DNA from: Elusimicrobiota bacterium
GTDB taxonomy: Bacteria > Elusimicrobiota > Elusimicrobia > FEN-1173
Length of the DNA stretch: 64,000 bases
NCBI GenBank assembly: GCA_041917295.1
Contig: JAYRXX010000063.1
Coordinates: forward strand, 21,583-85,582
Direction: 5' to 3'
Shown: in pieces, positions 1-11,242 of the stretch
How the letters are laid out: each line of letters opens with the position of its first letter
Numbering within the stretch: position 1 is the first letter of the stretch
The notes under the pieces: model-generated
Seen by the model: only the letters and a program-made list of their open reading frames with translations
The model's database searches: none
What the model was told of the DNA's origin: nothing
Position numbers and translations under genes: made by a program

Positions 1-480
1 TTCGAGGGCCCGGCGATCGGGAACAGTGAACCCGTCCGCGTCAATTTTGTTGATCCCTTCCAGGACACCCACCAACCGCCCTTGGTGAAGGAGAGGCACC
101 GCCACCACGTGGCGGGTCACGAAATCGCTTCGGGTGTCCACGCGGGTGGTCCAGCGGGGATCGTTTTGGACGTCGTTGACCACCACCGGCACGCCGTTGG
201 CCGCCACCCAACCGGCCACGCCTTCGCCCGGTTTCAACCGAACAGATTTGACCTTATCGCCCGCCGTTCCCAGCGCCACGTCGAACACCAGTTCGCCCGT
301 GGTTTCGTCTTTCAGGAGGATGGATCCCGATTGGGCCCGCACCACCCGAGCGGCCAATTCCATGACGGTTTTGAGAAGAGAAGGAAGATCCAACGTGCCC
401 GCTAACGCGCGGCTGGCTTCGAGCAACGTTTCAAAATCCGCCGCGGTCAGCGGCCCCGGCTCGTCGCGAGGATCAATCAT
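1..480 (-). CDS. GAF domain-containing protein, partial (N-terminal ~160 aa; gene continues beyond window start); possible regulatory protein
   Basis: Not in the ORF track because there is no stop codon inside the window. Reverse-strand translation from the ATG at 480-478 gives MIDPRDEPGPLTAADFETLLEASRALAGTLDLPSLLKTVMELAARVV...GVAGWVAANGVPVVVNDVQNDPRW, a typical GAF-domain N-terminus. The ATG directly abuts the gltD TAA stop. Confidence 0.55.
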   Translation of the reverse strand, partial: MIDPRDEPGPLTAADFETLLEASRALAGTLDLPSLLKTVMELAARVVRAQSGSILLKDETTGELVFDVALGTAGDKVKSVRLKPGEGVAGWVAANGVPVVVNDVQNDPRWTTRVDTRSDFVTRHVVAVPLLHQGRLVGVLEGINKIDADGFTVPDRRALE

Positions 481-1989
481 TTAGGGCAGATCGGAACGTC
501 CCATGAGGTAACGGTCCACTTCCCGGGCGGCGCCGCGTCCCTCGTTGATAGCCCACACCACCAGGCTTTGGCCCCGGCGCGCGTCGCCGGCGGCGAACAC
601 GCCCGGAACACTGGTGGCAAACCGCCCGTGATCGGCTTTAATGTTGGAACGAGAGTCGCGTTCCACGTTAAGATCTTTCAAAAGTTTCTCTTCCGGACCC
701 AAAAACCCCAGGGCCAACAAAACCAGTTGGGCGGGCCACACTTTTTCCGTGCCCTGAACCGGCACGGGTCCTTTCGGACCCCATTCCACCTGAACCGTGT
801 GGAGTTCCTTCACGCGTTTGGAGTTTTCGCCCCCCTCAAAACGCGTGGTGGAAATCAAAAACTGGCGCGGGTCCGCCCCAAAAACCGCCGCCGCCTCTTC
901 TTGGCCGTAATCGGTGCGGAAAATTTTCGGCCATTGGGGCCACGGATTGTCGGCGGCCCGTTTTTCCGGCGGGCGAGGCATGATTTCAAACTGGACCACG
1001 CTTTTGGCCCCCTGACGCAGGGCCGTGCCCACGCAGTCGGTGCCCGTGTCGCCGCCGCCGATCACCACCACGTCTTTGCCCGACGCGGAAATGGATCGGC
1101 CGTCCATGAGTTTGGAATCCAACAAGCTTTTCGTGTTGGCGTGCAAATACTCCATGGCAAAATGAATTCCTTTCAACTCCCGGCCGGGCGCCTTCAAGTC
1201 CCGGGGCGCGGTTGCGCCCAGGGCCAACACCACGGCATCAAACTCTTTCTTGAGCTTTTCCGTCGGAAACGCAGCCGACCCCACCTCGGTGTTGGTCAAA
1301 AACGTGACCCCTTCTTTGGCCAACAAATCCACGCGCCGTTGGACCACGTTCTTGTCCAGTTTCATGTTGGGAATGCCGTACATGAGAAGACCGCCGATCC
1401 GGTCGGCCCGCTCGAACACCGTCACCGTGTGGCCCGCCCGGTTCAATTGGGCCGCCGCCGATAGGCCCGCCGGGCCCGATCCCACCACCGCCACTTTTTT
1501 TCCGGTGCGTTTTTTGGGGGGCTCGGCCTTGACCCACCCTTCGGCGAACCCGCGATCAATGATCGACACCTCGATGTTTTTAATGGTCACCGGGGGCTCG
1601 GAAATTCCCAACACGCAGGACCCTTCGCAGGGCGCGGGACAAACGCGGCCGGTGAATTCCGGGAAATTATTGGTTTTGTGCAACCGGTCCAGGGCGTCTT
1701 CCCACAAACCGCGAAACACCAAGTCGTTCCATTCCGGAATAAGGTTGTTGATGGGACATCCCGACGCCATCCCCGCCACCAAATTTCCCGTGTGGCAAAA
1801 AGGAACTCCGCAATCCATGCACCGGGCGCCCTGTTTGCGCAAAGATTCTTCGGGCATGTGCTGGTGGAACTCGTCCCAATGGCGAATTCGTTCCGTGGGA
1901 GAGGCGTCCGCGGGAAGCTCCCGTTGAAATTTCATAAACCCCGTCGGTTTGGCAACCCCCAACGGTTTCGGCGGATTCACGGCACTCAT
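481..1989 (-). CDS. gltD: glutamate synthase (NADPH) small subunit
   Basis: 502 aa with Fe-S cysteine motifs ([13 protein letters not shown]) and an FAD/NAD dinucleotide-binding motif [14 protein letters not shown]. Its start overlaps the gltB stop by 1 nt (TAATG). Confidence 0.9.
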   Translation of the reverse strand: MSAVNPPKPLGVAKPTGFMKFQRELPADASPTERIRHWDEFHQHMPEESLRKQGARCMDCGVPFCHTGNLVAGMASGCPINNLIPEWNDLVFRGLWEDALDRLHKTNNFPEFTGRVCPAPCEGSCVLGISEPPVTIKNIEVSIIDRGFAEGWVKAEPPKKRTGKKVAVVGSGPAGLSAAAQLNRAGHTVTVFERADRIGGLLMYGIPNMKLDKNVVQRRVDLLAKEGVTFLTNTEVGSAAFPTEKLKKEFDAVVLALGATAPRDLKAPGRELKGIHFAMEYLHANTKSLLDSKLMDGRSISASGKDVVVIGGGDTGTDCVGTALRQGAKSVVQFEIMPRPPEKRAADNPWPQWPKIFRTDYGQEEAAAVFGADPRQFLISTTRFEGGENSKRVKELHTVQVEWGPKGPVPVQGTEKVWPAQLVLLALGFLGPEEKLLKDLNVERDSRSNIKADHGRFATSVPGVFAAGDARRGQSLVVWAINEGRGAAREVDRYLMGRSDLP

Positions 1990-4900
1990 TAGTTCCCCCC
2001 CACCCGCGAGAGGTCGCGGGCGTTTTCTTCGAACGCGGCCATGATGGCTTGGTCGCCCGTCATGCCGGCTTGGTGCATTTTTTTGATGGTGGAAATCATC
2101 CGTTTGTAGTCCCGGGGCATGATTTTAACGAAGGTTCGAATCAACGCGGGACCCTCTTCCAAAATGCGTTTGGCCACCGTGCTGGTGGTGTGCAACAAAT
2201 GTTTCACCAACAACCCGTGGACTTCCTGCACATCTTCTTCTTCCATGGGTTCGACTTCCACCATTTCCTTGTTCACCTTGCTGCGGAAATCGCCGTTGAC
2301 GTCCCAGACATACGCCACGCCGCCGGTCATGCCCGCGCCGAAATTACGCCCGGTGGGCCCGATCACCACCACCCGGCCGCCGGTCATGTATTCGCACCCG
2401 TGGTCCCCCACGCCTTCCACCACGGCGTGAACGCCGGAATTGCGGACCGCAAAGCGTTCCCCCGCCAACCCGCGGATGTAGGATTCGCCCGACGTGGCCC
2501 CGTAAAACGCCACGTTGCCGACGATGATGTTTTCTTCCGGCACATACCCCGCGGCCCGGGGCGGCGTCAAAATCAGCTTGCCTCCCGAGAGCCCCTTGCC
2601 GAAATAATCGTTGGCGTCGCCTTCCAGCGCCATCGTCATGCCCCGGGGGATGAACGCCCCAAAACTTTGTCCCGCCGATCCCTGGAACGTCAGCTCAATG
2701 GTATCGTCGGGCAACCCCTTGGCGCCGTAGCGGCGCGTCAACTCACTGCCCAGCTGGGTGCCGACCACCCGGTCACGGTTGCGAATAGGCACAACCGCTT
2801 TCACTTTTTCTCCCTTTTCCAAAGCCGGTTTGCACAAATCCAACAACACCCGTCGGTCCAAGGACCCATCCAGTCCGTGATCCTGCGCCATTTGACAGTA
2901 CCGACCCACCTCCGGCCCCACCGGCGGAGAATAAAGAATGTTGGAAAAATCCACCCCTTTGGCTTTCCAATGGTCCACCGCTTTGCGCCCTTCCAACCGA
3001 TCCACGCGGCCGATCATCTCGTTGAGGGACCGGAACCCCATTTGGGCCATGTATTCCCGGGCTTCCTGGGCGACAAACCGCATGAAATGAACCACGTGGG
3101 ACGGATCCCCCGTAAACTTTTTGCGCAGTTTGGGATCCTGCGTGGCCACGCCCACCGGGCACGTGTTCAAATGGCACACGCGCATCATGACGCACCCCAA
3201 CACCACCAGGGGCGCCGTGGCAAAACCAAACTCTTCGGCCCCCAACAACGCGGCGATCACCACGTCGCGGCCTGTTTTCAACTGACCGTCGGTCTCGACG
3301 ACAATTCGACTGCGCAGGTTGTTTAACACCAACGTTTGGTGCGTTTCCGCCAACCCCAATTCCCACGGCAGGCCCGCGTGTTTGATGGACGATTGGGGCG
3401 ACGCGCCCGTTCCACCGTCGAACCCCGAAATTAAAACCACGTCGGCGTGGGCTTTCGCGACCCCCGCGGCCACCGTGCCCACGCCCACCTCGGCCACCAG
3501 TTTCACGCTGATGCGGGCCTGGTGGTTGGCGTTTTTAAGGTCGTGGATGAGTTCGGCCAAATCTTCAATGGAATAAATGTCGTGGTGCGGCGGCGGTGAA
3601 ATAAGCCCCACGCCGGCCGTGGTGTGGCGCGTGCGCGCCACCCAGGGATACACTTTTGTGCCGGGCAGTTGGCCGCCTTCGCCGGGTTTGGCCCCTTGGG
3701 CCATTTTGATCTGGATTTCCCGGGCGTTGACCAAGTAGAGGCTTGTCACACCAAACCGGCCGGACGCAACCTGCTTGATCGCGCTGTTTTTGGAATCGCC
3801 GTTGGGCAACAGTTTGTATCGCTCCGGATCTTCGCCGCCTTCGCCGGTGTTGGATTTTCCGCCCACGCGGTTCATGGCGATGGCCAACGATTCGTGGGCC
3901 TCCTGAGAAATGGACCCGTAACTCATGGCGCCGGTCTTAAACCGTTTCATGATGGATTCCACCGATTCCACTTCCTCGATGGGCACCGGCCGATCGGCCG
4001 GTTTGAGATCCAACAAACCCCGCAACGTATAGTGTTCCCGGGCTTGATCGTTGACCAACGCCGCGTAACTTTGATACACATCGTATCGGTTGGTGCGGCA
4101 CGCCAACTGGAGGCGATGAATGGTTTCCGGGTTAAACAAATGCCGTTCGCCTTCTTTGCGCCACTGGTAATTGCCCCCCGCGTCCAGCACGTGGGCGTCC
4201 GCCGACACGGCGGAAAACGCCCGGTGATGACGCCGCCGAGCCTCCTCGGCGATCACGTCCAGACCAACCCCTCCCACCCGGGACGGAGTCCAGGTGAAAT
4301 ACCGATCGATCACGTCTTGCTTTAACCCCAGCGCCTCAAAAATTTGCGCGCCGCCGTAACTTTGGATGGTGGAGATCCCCATTTTCGAAATGGTTTTAAC
4401 GACGCCTTTGGTGGCCGCTTTAACATAATTTTTAATCGCCGCTTTGTGGTCGACGCCCACCAACATCCCCTGCTGGATCATGTCGTCAATGGTTTCGTAG
4501 GCCATGTACGGATTAATGGCTCCCACGCCATATCCCAACAACACGGCGAAATGGTGGGTTTCCCGGGGCTCGCCGGATTCCAGAATCAAACCCACTTTCA
4601 TGCGGGTGCCTTTGCGGATCATGTCGTGGTGCAGTCCCGCCACCGCCAACAACGCGGGGATGGGCGCCTTTTTCTCGTTGACGCCCCGGTCGGACAGAAT
4701 CAAAATGTTCACCCCGCCGGCCACGGCCTTGTCCGCCGCGGCAAACAAATCGTCCATGGCGCGACGAAGCCCGTCGCCGCCCTGGGCGGGATCAAACAAG
4801 ATGGGAAGGGTCAACGACCGGAACCCCGGCTCTTTGACTTGGCGAAGTTTTTCCAACTGCTCGTTGGTCAAAATCGGACTTTTCAATTCGATCAGTCGGC

Positions 4901-6593
4901 AACTTTCCGCCGTGGGGTCGAGCAGGTTGCGCTCGCCGCCGATGGCGGTGGACGACGACGTCACAATTTCTTCCCGCAAACAGTCGATGGGCGGGTTGGT
5001 GACCTGGGCGAACAATTGCTTGAAGTAATTGGACAGCAACTGAGGTTTGTCCGACAGAACCGCCAAAGGCGTGTCGGTGCCCATGGCGCCCACGGGTTCC
5101 ACCCCGTTTTTGGCCATGGGTTCCATCACCACGCGCAAATCTTCATACGAGTAACCGAACACCTGCTGGCGTTGGACGACGGTGCTGTGTTCTTCGTGAA
5201 CCGGTTTGTCCTGGTCCACCAAATCGTCCAGGGCGATCAGATTCTTATCCAACCAAGCGCGGTAAGGATGTTCCGCGGCCACGGATTTTTTGATCTCATC
5301 GTCGGCGATGATGCGTCCCTGTTCGGTGTCGATCAACAACATGCGACCGGGCTGAAGCCGGCCCTTTTGGACCACCCGTTCCGGAGCGATGTCCAACACG
5401 CCCACTTCGCTGGCCAAAACGATGAAATCGTCGTTGGTGACCACATACCGGGACGGCCGCAATCCGTTGCGGTCTAACACCGCGCCCACCCGGACGCCAT
5501 CGGTAAATCCGATCGAGGCCGGACCGTCCCACGGTTCCATCAAACACGCGTGGTATTCGTAAAACGCTTTTTTGTCTTCCGACATGCTTTCGTGGTTCGC
5601 CCAAGGTTCGGGGATCATCATCATCATGGCGTGGGGCAGACTGCGCCCGGACAACACCAAAAATTCCAGACAGTTGTCGAACATGGCCGAATCGGACCCA
5701 TCGGTATCGATGATCGGCATGAGCCGTTTCAAGTCGTTGCCGAACACGTCGGACTTGAGCAGAGCCGAGCGGGCGTGCATCCAGTTGACGTTCCCGCGCA
5801 AGGTGTTGATCTCCCCGTTGTGGATAATGTAACGGTACGGGTGGGCCCGGTTCCAGTTGGGAAACGTGTTGGTGGAAAACCGCGAGTGGACCAACGCCAA
5901 CGCCGATGTCAGGTCGGGGTCGCGCAGTTCCGGGTAATAGTCTTCCATCTGGCCGGCCAACAACATGCCTTTGTAAACGATGGTGCGCGACGACAGGCTG
6001 GGGATGTAAAACCGGTTGGACCCGTTTTCGTTCAAGAATTTAATGGAATGTTCGGCCCGTTTGCGGATGATGTAAAGAACCCGCTCAAACGCCCAGGCAT
6101 CGCCGTCCTTCACATTCTTTCCTTTCGCGATGAAGGCCTGGCGCATAAACGGTTCGCCGGCCCGGGCCGTCAGGCCCAGGGCGCTGTTGTTGGTGGGCAC
6201 CGTGCGCCACCCCAAAAACGTTTGGCCCTCTTCGGCCACCAACTGTTCAAATTGTTTTTCGGCGTTGCGGCGGTCGTCGACGTTTTGCGGAAGAAACATC
6301 ATCGCCACGCCGTACAGGCCGGGGTCTGGAAGAACGATCTTTTCTTTGGCGGCGGCCTTTTTCAAAAATCCGTGGGGCAATTGGATCAACACCCCCGCTC
6401 CGTCGCCGGTGTTGGCTTCGCACCCGCACGCGCCGCGGTGGTTCAAATTGTTCAATACTTCCAACGATTGGGCCACGATCTCGTGGGACTTTTTGCCCTT
6501 GATGTTGACAACAAACCCAATCCCGCAGGCGTCCCGTTCAAATTGCGGATCGTACAAACCCTGTTTTGATGGCGCTTCGTTTAGTGTCGTCAC
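1989..6593 (-). CDS. gltB: glutamate synthase large subunit (ORF extends to 6902; GTG start near 6593 proposed)
   Basis: The N-terminal Ntn-amidotransferase signature ...[11 protein letters not shown] places the catalytic Cys shortly after a GTG ([27 protein letters not shown]). FMN-binding and GltS C-terminal GXGXG motifs follow. The ~100 upstream codons of the ORF look like non-coding read-through. Confidence 0.85.
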   Translation of the reverse strand: MTTLNEAPSKQGLYDPQFERDACGIGFVVNIKGKKSHEIVAQSLEVLNNLNHRGACGCEANTGDGAGVLIQLPHGFLKKAAAKEKIVLPDPGLYGVAMMFLPQNVDDRRNAEKQFEQLVAEEGQTFLGWRTVPTNNSALGLTARAGEPFMRQAFIAKGKNVKDGDAWAFERVLYIIRKRAEHSIKFLNENGSNRFYIPSLSSRTIVYKGMLLAGQMEDYYPELRDPDLTSALALVHSRFSTNTFPNWNRAHPYRYIIHNGEINTLRGNVNWMHARSALLKSDVFGNDLKRLMPIIDTDGSDSAMFDNCLEFLVLSGRSLPHAMMMMIPEPWANHESMSEDKKAFYEYHACLMEPWDGPASIGFTDGVRVGAVLDRNGLRPSRYVVTNDDFIVLASEVGVLDIAPERVVQKGRLQPGRMLLIDTEQGRIIADDEIKKSVAAEHPYRAWLDKNLIALDDLVDQDKPVHEEHSTVVQRQQVFGYSYEDLRVVMEPMAKNGVEPVGAMGTDTPLAVLSDKPQLLSNYFKQLFAQVTNPPIDCLREEIVTSSSTAIGGERNLLDPTAESCRLIELKSPILTNEQLEKLRQVKEPGFRSLTLPILFDPAQGGDGLRRAMDDLFAAADKAVAGGVNILILSDRGVNEKKAPIPALLAVAGLHHDMIRKGTRMKVGLILESGEPRETHHFAVLLGYGVGAINPYMAYETIDDMIQQGMLVGVDHKAAIKNYVKAATKGVVKTISKMGISTIQSYGGAQIFEALGLKQDVIDRYFTWTPSRVGGVGLDVIAEEARRRHHRAFSAVSADAHVLDAGGNYQWRKEGERHLFNPETIHRLQLACRTNRYDVYQSYAALVNDQAREHYTLRGLLDLKPADRPVPIEEVESVESIMKRFKTGAMSYGSISQEAHESLAIAMNRVGGKSNTGEGGEDPERYKLLPNGDSKNSAIKQVASGRFGVTSLYLVNAREIQIKMAQGAKPGEGGQLPGTKVYPWVARTRHTTAGVGLISPPPHHDIYSIEDLAELIHDLKNANHQARISVKLVAEVGVGTVAAGVAKAHADVVLISGFDGGTGASPQSSIKHAGLPWELGLAETHQTLVLNNLRSRIVVETDGQLKTGRDVVIAALLGAEEFGFATAPLVVLGCVMMRVCHLNTCPVGVATQDPKLRKKFTGDPSHVVHFMRFVAQEAREYMAQMGFRSLNEMIGRVDRLEGRKAVDHWKAKGVDFSNILYSPPVGPEVGRYCQMAQDHGLDGSLDRRVLLDLCKPALEKGEKVKAVVPIRNRDRVVGTQLGSELTRRYGAKGLPDDTIELTFQGSAGQSFGAFIPRGMTMALEGDANDYFGKGLSGGKLILTPPRAAGYVPEENIIVGNVAFYGATSGESYIRGLAGERFAVRNSGVHAVVEGVGDHGCEYMTGGRVVVIGPTGRNFGAGMTGGVAYVWDVNGDFRSKVNKEMVEVEPMEEEDVQEVHGLLVKHLLHTTSTVAKRILEEGPALIRTFVKIMPRDYKRMISTIKKMHQAGMTGDQAIMAAFEENARDLSRVGGN

Positions 6594-6701
6594 CTTATCA
6601 CCTTCACAATGTATTACCCGACAGGAAACTTCGGAAACAGCTATTATAATATTTTTACAGAGCTCGATCACGCCGGCTCCATCGTTCCCGGGAGAAAATT
6701 T
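6594..6701. promoter_or_regulatory. AT-rich divergent intergenic region between gltB and the DUF486 gene (likely promoters for both)
   Basis: ctattataatatttttacagag stands out against ~63% GC background. GGAG lies 8 nt upstream of the ATG at 6702. Confidence 0.3.
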
Positions 6702-7043
6702 ATGTCCGTGTTCGTCCGCACGGTTGGACTGCTCATCTTGTCCAACCTGTTTATGACCTTCGCCTGGTACGCCCACCTGAAAAATTTGAGCCACCGCGGT
6801 TGGCTCACCGCCGCCGTCATCAGTTGGGGCGTGGCCTTTTTTGAATATTGCCTGCAGGTCCCCGCCAACCGGATCGGTTACACCGTCATGAGCCTGGCCC
6901 AATTAAAGATTCTCCAAGAAGCAATTTCGTTGACCGTCTTTGTCCCGTTCGCCGTTTTTTACATGGGCCAACCGCTTAAATGGGATTACCTCTGGGCGGC
7001 GCTGTGCATGATGGGAGCGGTTTTTTTCATTTTCCGCTCATGA
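6702..7043 (+). CDS. small DMT-like membrane protein (DUF486 family)
   Basis: 113 aa with three predicted TM helices and the motif [20 protein letters not shown] upstream. The stop overlaps the photolyase start (ATGA). Confidence 0.6.
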   Translation: MSVFVRTVGLLILSNLFMTFAWYAHLKNLSHRGWLTAAVISWGVAFFEYCLQVPANRIGYTVMSLAQLKILQEAISLTVFVPFAVFYMGQPLKWDYLWAALCMMGAVFFIFRS

Positions 7044-8392
7044 GCGTGGATCCCCGCCGCGTCCGTTCTCTTTCTCCCCGCCCTCCCGGGTCGGGGCCGG
7101 TGCTCTACTGGATGAGCCGCGACCAGCGGGTGGCGGGCAACTGGGCCTTGCTTCGGGCCCAAGCAATGGCCTTGGAACGCCGCGTCCCGTTGGCGGTGGT
7201 TTTCACTCTCGCCCCGGAATTTTTAGGCGCGCCGCTGCGGGCCTACGACTTCATGCTGAAAGGACTGGCCCTGGTGGAAGGGCGGCTTAAGGCGGCGGGG
7301 ATCTCGTTTCATCTCCTGTTCGGCCCGCCCGACGAAACGCTTCCCAACTTCGCCGCCCAGCACACGGCGGGCGCCGTGGTCGCCGACTTCGATCCGCTTC
7401 GGCTCAAACAAACCTGGAAAACAAAAATAGCCCGGAAACTGCCGGTTTTGTTTGAGGAGGTGGACGCCCACAACATCGTGCCCGCGTGGGTGGCCTCCCC
7501 CAAGCAGGAGTACGGGGCTTACACCTTGCGGCCCAAACTACACAAACTGCTTCCGGATTTTCTGACAGACTTTCCGGCGTTGGTCCGCCACCCTTTCCCG
7601 TGGGCCAAATCCGTTGAGCCAGTTAATTGGGCCGATGTCCTGAACCGCTTGAAACCAGACAACTCTGTTGGTCCAGTGAGCTGGACGGATCCCGGGGAAG
7701 CCGCTGGCGCCAAAGCCCTGGGTCTGTTCATCAAAACCCGGCTCTCTTCTTACGCGGACACCCGAAACGACCCGCAACAAGACGGGCAGTCCGACCTGTC
7801 GCCTTACCTGCATTTCGGCCAGGTGTCGGCCCAGAAAGTAACGCTGGGCGTTCGGGCCCACGCCTGGGACACCCCCTCCGGCCAAACCTTTTTGGAAGAA
7901 CTGATTGTCCGGCGGGAACTGTCCGACAATTATTGCCTTTACAATTCCCATTACGATTCGTTTGACGGGTTTCCCGCATGGGCCCAAAAGAGCCTCCACG
8001 CCCACCGACGGGACAAACGGCCTTTTCTTTATCGGAGGGCGGAATTTGAACAAGCCGCCACCCACGATCCGTTGTGGAACGCGGCCCAAACCGAAATGGT
8101 GAAACGGGGCAAAATGCACGGATACCTGCGCATGTACTGGGCCAAAAAGATTCTGGAGTGGTCCCCCAGCCCCGAGGAAGCCCAATCCACGGCGATCCAC
8201 TTAAATGACCGTTACGAGTTGGACGGCCGTGACCCCAACGGCTACGCGGGCATCGCCTGGTCTGTGGGCGGGGTACACGACCGGCCCTGGTTTAACCGGC
8301 CGGTGATCGGTTCGATCCGCTGGATGACGGCCAACGGGTGCAAATCCAAATTCGACACGGACGGGTACATTCGGCGCGTCGCGTCGCTGTAA
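7040..8392 (+). CDS. phr: deoxyribodipyrimidine photolyase, class II-like
   Basis: 450 aa. The N-terminal photolyase alpha/beta domain (PVLYWMSRDQRVAGNWALLRAQ) and C-terminal FAD-binding region resemble class II CPD photolyases. Confidence 0.8.
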   Translation: MSVDPRRVRSLSPRPPGSGPVLYWMSRDQRVAGNWALLRAQAMALERRVPLAVVFTLAPEFLGAPLRAYDFMLKGLALVEGRLKAAGISFHLLFGPPDETLPNFAAQHTAGAVVADFDPLRLKQTWKTKIARKLPVLFEEVDAHNIVPAWVASPKQEYGAYTLRPKLHKLLPDFLTDFPALVRHPFPWAKSVEPVNWADVLNRLKPDNSVGPVSWTDPGEAAGAKALGLFIKTRLSSYADTRNDPQQDGQSDLSPYLHFGQVSAQKVTLGVRAHAWDTPSGQTFLEELIVRRELSDNYCLYNSHYDSFDGFPAWAQKSLHAHRRDKRPFLYRRAEFEQAATHDPLWNAAQTEMVKRGKMHGYLRMYWAKKILEWSPSPEEAQSTAIHLNDRYELDGRDPNGYAGIAWSVGGVHDRPWFNRPVIGSIRWMTANGCKSKFDTDGYIRRVASL

Positions 8393-8397
8393 CGCCG

Positions 8398-8426
8398 TTG
8401 ACCTCATCGACGGAAAAGTGCTAAAT
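8398..8426 (+). promoter_or_regulatory. sigma70-like promoter for dnaX
   Basis: TTGACC (8398-8403), 17-nt spacer, CTAAAT (8421-8426). GGAGGGGG RBS at 8441-8448. ATG at 8454. Confidence 0.4.
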
Positions 8427-8453
8427 TGATTCGGCTCCCCGGAGGGGGCCCTT

Positions 8454-10259
8454 ATGTCTTATCTCGTTCTTGCTCGCAAATACCGCCCCCAAGGGTTCAG
8501 CGATTTGGTGGGCCAAGAAGCCGTGGCCAAAACCCTGCAAAACGCGTTGGCCAGCGGACGGATTGCCCATTCCTACGTTTTATCGGGCCCGCGGGGGTGC
8601 GGCAAAACCACCACCGCCCGAATTTTGGCCCGGGCGCTCAACTGTGTCCAGGGTCCCACCCTGACGCCCTGCGGCACGTGTCCCCAGTGCGTGGACATCG
8701 CCGGCGGGACCTCGACCGACGACGTTTTGGAAATCGACGGCGCCTCCAACCGCGGCATCGATCAAATCCGGGAACTGCGCGAAACCGTCAAATACGCCCC
8801 GGCCCGATCGCGCTATCGGGTGATCATTATCGACGAAGCCCACCAAATTTCGAAAGACGGATTTAACGCCCTGTTGAAAACCCTTGAAGAACCCCCGCCC
8901 CACGTGGTGTTCATGATGGCCACCACGGAATCGCAAAAAATTCCCGAAACCATTTTATCGCGCTGTCAGCGGTTTCAATTGCGATCGATCACGTTGGCGG
9001 ACATTGTCGAGCGGTTGAAATGGATTGTGTCCCAGGAAAAACTGCCGGTTCAAGACGCCGCCTTGCGGGAAGTGGCTCGGTCGGCCCACGGATCCTTGCG
9101 CGACGCGTTGTCCTTGTTGGACCAGGTGATTGCCTTCGCCCCCCAGGGAGCGACGGTGGAGGACGTGCGGCGTTTGCTGGGGTTGTTGCCGGGCGAGTTT
9201 GTTCGATCGTTCAGCGAGACGGTTCGACAAGGCGAGCCGGGGCCTGTTTTGCAGGCGATACAAAAAGCGGTGGAAGACGGGTTGGACTTGTCCCAGTTGG
9301 CGGAGGATTTTTTGGATCGGCGCCACCGTCTTCTGCTCTGGAAAGCGGGCGTTCGCGACGCCCGAGACCCCGACGGGGCGGAAATGGAATCGGAGTCGGC
9401 GCTTTATTCCGAGTCCCGCCTGGAACGGGATTTAAGCGTTCTGTCGCGGGCGGTGGCGGACATGCGGCGAAGCGAGTCGCCCCGGGTCACCTTTGAGTTG
9501 GCTTGCTTGGAAATGGCCCAAGACGCCCTGCCCGTGGCGGAAATTTTAGAACGGCTGGAAACCCTCGAAAAATCCCTGCGGTCGGGGATACCCGCGCCGG
9601 TTGTGATCTCGCCGCCGCCGCGGGAATCAAAACCTGTTTTCTCTCCCCCTCCCCAACCTCCTGTGACGGCCGTACCGGCTCCGCCGACGGCCGTGAAACA
9701 GTCCGAACCGGCGTCGCCCGCAACCGGGCCCTGGAGCGCGGATACGGTGCGAACCGCCTGGGCCACCATGGTCAACGAGATCGGCCATAAAAAACCGTCG
9801 CTGGAAACGTTTCTTCACACGGCGCGCTGGTCCGCTTTGCCGGGAACCATTTTAAAATTGGCTTTTGACCAGGAATTTCAGAAAAACCAGGTGGCCGCCC
9901 AAGAATCGGTTTGGTTGACTTGTCTGAAACAAAAGATCGGCGCCGCGTTTTCCATCCAATATGCCGTGGACCCCCCCACGGCTCGACCTTCCACCGACCC
10001 GACCCCCGTTCGCAGCGCCGCGTCCTTGAAACCGGCGGCCCTCCCCCAAAATGAACCCCGGGGACCCGTGCCGCCCGAGGCGGCGGAAGCGCACGAGGAA
10101 GCCGTTGTGGACGACGAGGACGAACCGGAATCAAGCGAACCGGTTGTGGAAGGCACGGACGAGTCGCCGGAATCGGCGGCGGCCTTGGACCCCGGCATTC
10201 GCAAAGTGTTGGACAAGTTCCCGGGGCGGGTTCGGCGGGTTGACGCGCCGGCGCGGTAA
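8454..10259 (+). CDS. dnaX: DNA polymerase III subunit gamma/tau
   Basis: Walker A GPRGCGKTT, zinc-binding CGTCPQC module, and a Pro/Ala-rich tau linker in the C-terminal half. Confidence 0.9.
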   Translation: MSYLVLARKYRPQGFSDLVGQEAVAKTLQNALASGRIAHSYVLSGPRGCGKTTTARILARALNCVQGPTLTPCGTCPQCVDIAGGTSTDDVLEIDGASNRGIDQIRELRETVKYAPARSRYRVIIIDEAHQISKDGFNALLKTLEEPPPHVVFMMATTESQKIPETILSRCQRFQLRSITLADIVERLKWIVSQEKLPVQDAALREVARSAHGSLRDALSLLDQVIAFAPQGATVEDVRRLLGLLPGEFVRSFSETVRQGEPGPVLQAIQKAVEDGLDLSQLAEDFLDRRHRLLLWKAGVRDARDPDGAEMESESALYSESRLERDLSVLSRAVADMRRSESPRVTFELACLEMAQDALPVAEILERLETLEKSLRSGIPAPVVISPPPRESKPVFSPPPQPPVTAVPAPPTAVKQSEPASPATGPWSADTVRTAWATMVNEIGHKKPSLETFLHTARWSALPGTILKLAFDQEFQKNQVAAQESVWLTCLKQKIGAAFSIQYAVDPPTARPSTDPTPVRSAASLKPAALPQNEPRGPVPPEAAEAHEEAVVDDEDEPESSEPVVEGTDESPESAAALDPGIRKVLDKFPGRVRRVDAPAR

Positions 10260-10265
10260 TCGGAC

Positions 10266-10874
10266 ATGAAAGGCGCTTGGGACAATTTGGTATCCTCGAT
10301 TCTGGGTTTGCCCGGGGTCGGCCCGAAAATGGCGGAACGAATCGCGTTGCATTTGCTTCGCCACCGCGCCGAGGCGCGCCAACTTAGCGAGAGCGTGACC
10401 AACGCGCTGGCTCGGATCCGCCGCTGTCCCCAGTGCGGAAACCATATGGAAGCGGACGAATCGGTGGAATCCTGCGGGCATTGCCAGGATCCCCGGCGGG
10501 ACCGGACGGTGGTGTGCGTGGTGGAAGAGTCCGGCGACGTGGCGGCGCTGGAACGGTCACGGGCGTTTCGGGGGCGGTATCATGTACTGGGAGGCGTTTT
10601 GTCGGCGTTGGACGGCGTGGGCCCGGACGAATTGAGGATCGAATCGTTGCTCACGCGGGTGCGCGACCAGGGGGCCAACGAGGTCATTTTGGCCACAAAC
10701 CCCACGGTGGAAGGGGAAACCACGGCGGCTTATTTGGCGGATTTATTAAAAACCGCCGGGGTGCGCGTGACCCGGCTGGCGGCGGGCCTTCCGTCGGGAA
10801 GCGCGATCCAATACGCGGACGAATACACCCTGGCCCAAGCGGTGACGGGCCGGCGGGACATGAGGACACCATGA
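10266..10874 (+). CDS. recR: recombination protein RecR
   Basis: HhH motif LPGVGPKMAERIALHLL, C4 zinc finger CPQCGN...CGHC, and a Toprim domain. Lies 6 nt after dnaX. Confidence 0.9.
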   Translation: MKGAWDNLVSSILGLPGVGPKMAERIALHLLRHRAEARQLSESVTNALARIRRCPQCGNHMEADESVESCGHCQDPRRDRTVVCVVEESGDVAALERSRAFRGRYHVLGGVLSALDGVGPDELRIESLLTRVRDQGANEVILATNPTVEGETTAAYLADLLKTAGVRVTRLAAGLPSGSAIQYADEYTLAQAVTGRRDMRTP

Positions 10875-11242
10875 CGAACGGAAAAATTGTGATCGCCGAC
10901 GACGAAAAAGAAATCACTTTCTTCGTGCGGCGGCTTTTGGAAATGGCGGGCTACACCGTGTGGGCGGCCAACGACGGCGACGGGGCCATCGAGCTTTACC
11001 GGAAAGAAAAACCCGATTTGTTGATCTTGGACGTCTTCATGCCGGGCAAAACCGGCGTGATGGTGTGCGAAGAGATCCGTAAACAAGATGAAAAAGTGCT
11101 GATCCTGATGTTGACCGGCCAAAAAAAAGACGACGACAAAGTGGTGGGCCTCACGGCGGGAGCCGACGATTATCTCACCAAACCGTTCGGCGAAAAAGAA
11201 CTTCTGGCGCGGGTGCGATCGCTTTTCCGACGGCCTGTGTAA
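10871..11242 (+). CDS. single-domain response regulator (CheY-like receiver)
   Basis: 123 aa: KIVIADDEKEI...LLILDVFMPGKTG...LTGAGADDYLTKPF. ATGA overlap with the recR stop. The longer ORF-track call (from 10433) is an in-frame extension overlapping recR. Confidence 0.75.
   Translation: MTNGKIVIADDEKEITFFVRRLLEMAGYTVWAANDGDGAIELYRKEKPDLLILDVFMPGKTGVMVCEEIRKQDEKVLILMLTGQKKDDDKVVGLTAGADDYLTKPFGEKELLARVRSLFRRPV

Noticed and set aside
2049-6569. Long plus-strand ORFs (2049-3326, 3624-4325, 4344-5477, 5550-6569) antisense to gltB
   Set aside because: Typical antisense open frames in high-GC DNA. Their translations are Arg/Gly/His-rich low-complexity sequence with no motifs, and gltB is unambiguous on the other strand.
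8454-10259. Programmed -1 frameshift site (A AAA AAG) in dnaX for a gamma subunit
   Set aside because: No A AAA AAG heptamer in frame. Only CAAAAAAT at about 8927, which is not followed by a suitable stem-loop.
8426-10481. Multiple overlapping ORFs on both strands inside dnaX/recR (e.g. 8426-8866, 9878-10402, 10131-10481)
   Set aside because: They overlap strongly supported genes, have biased composition and contain no recognisable domains.
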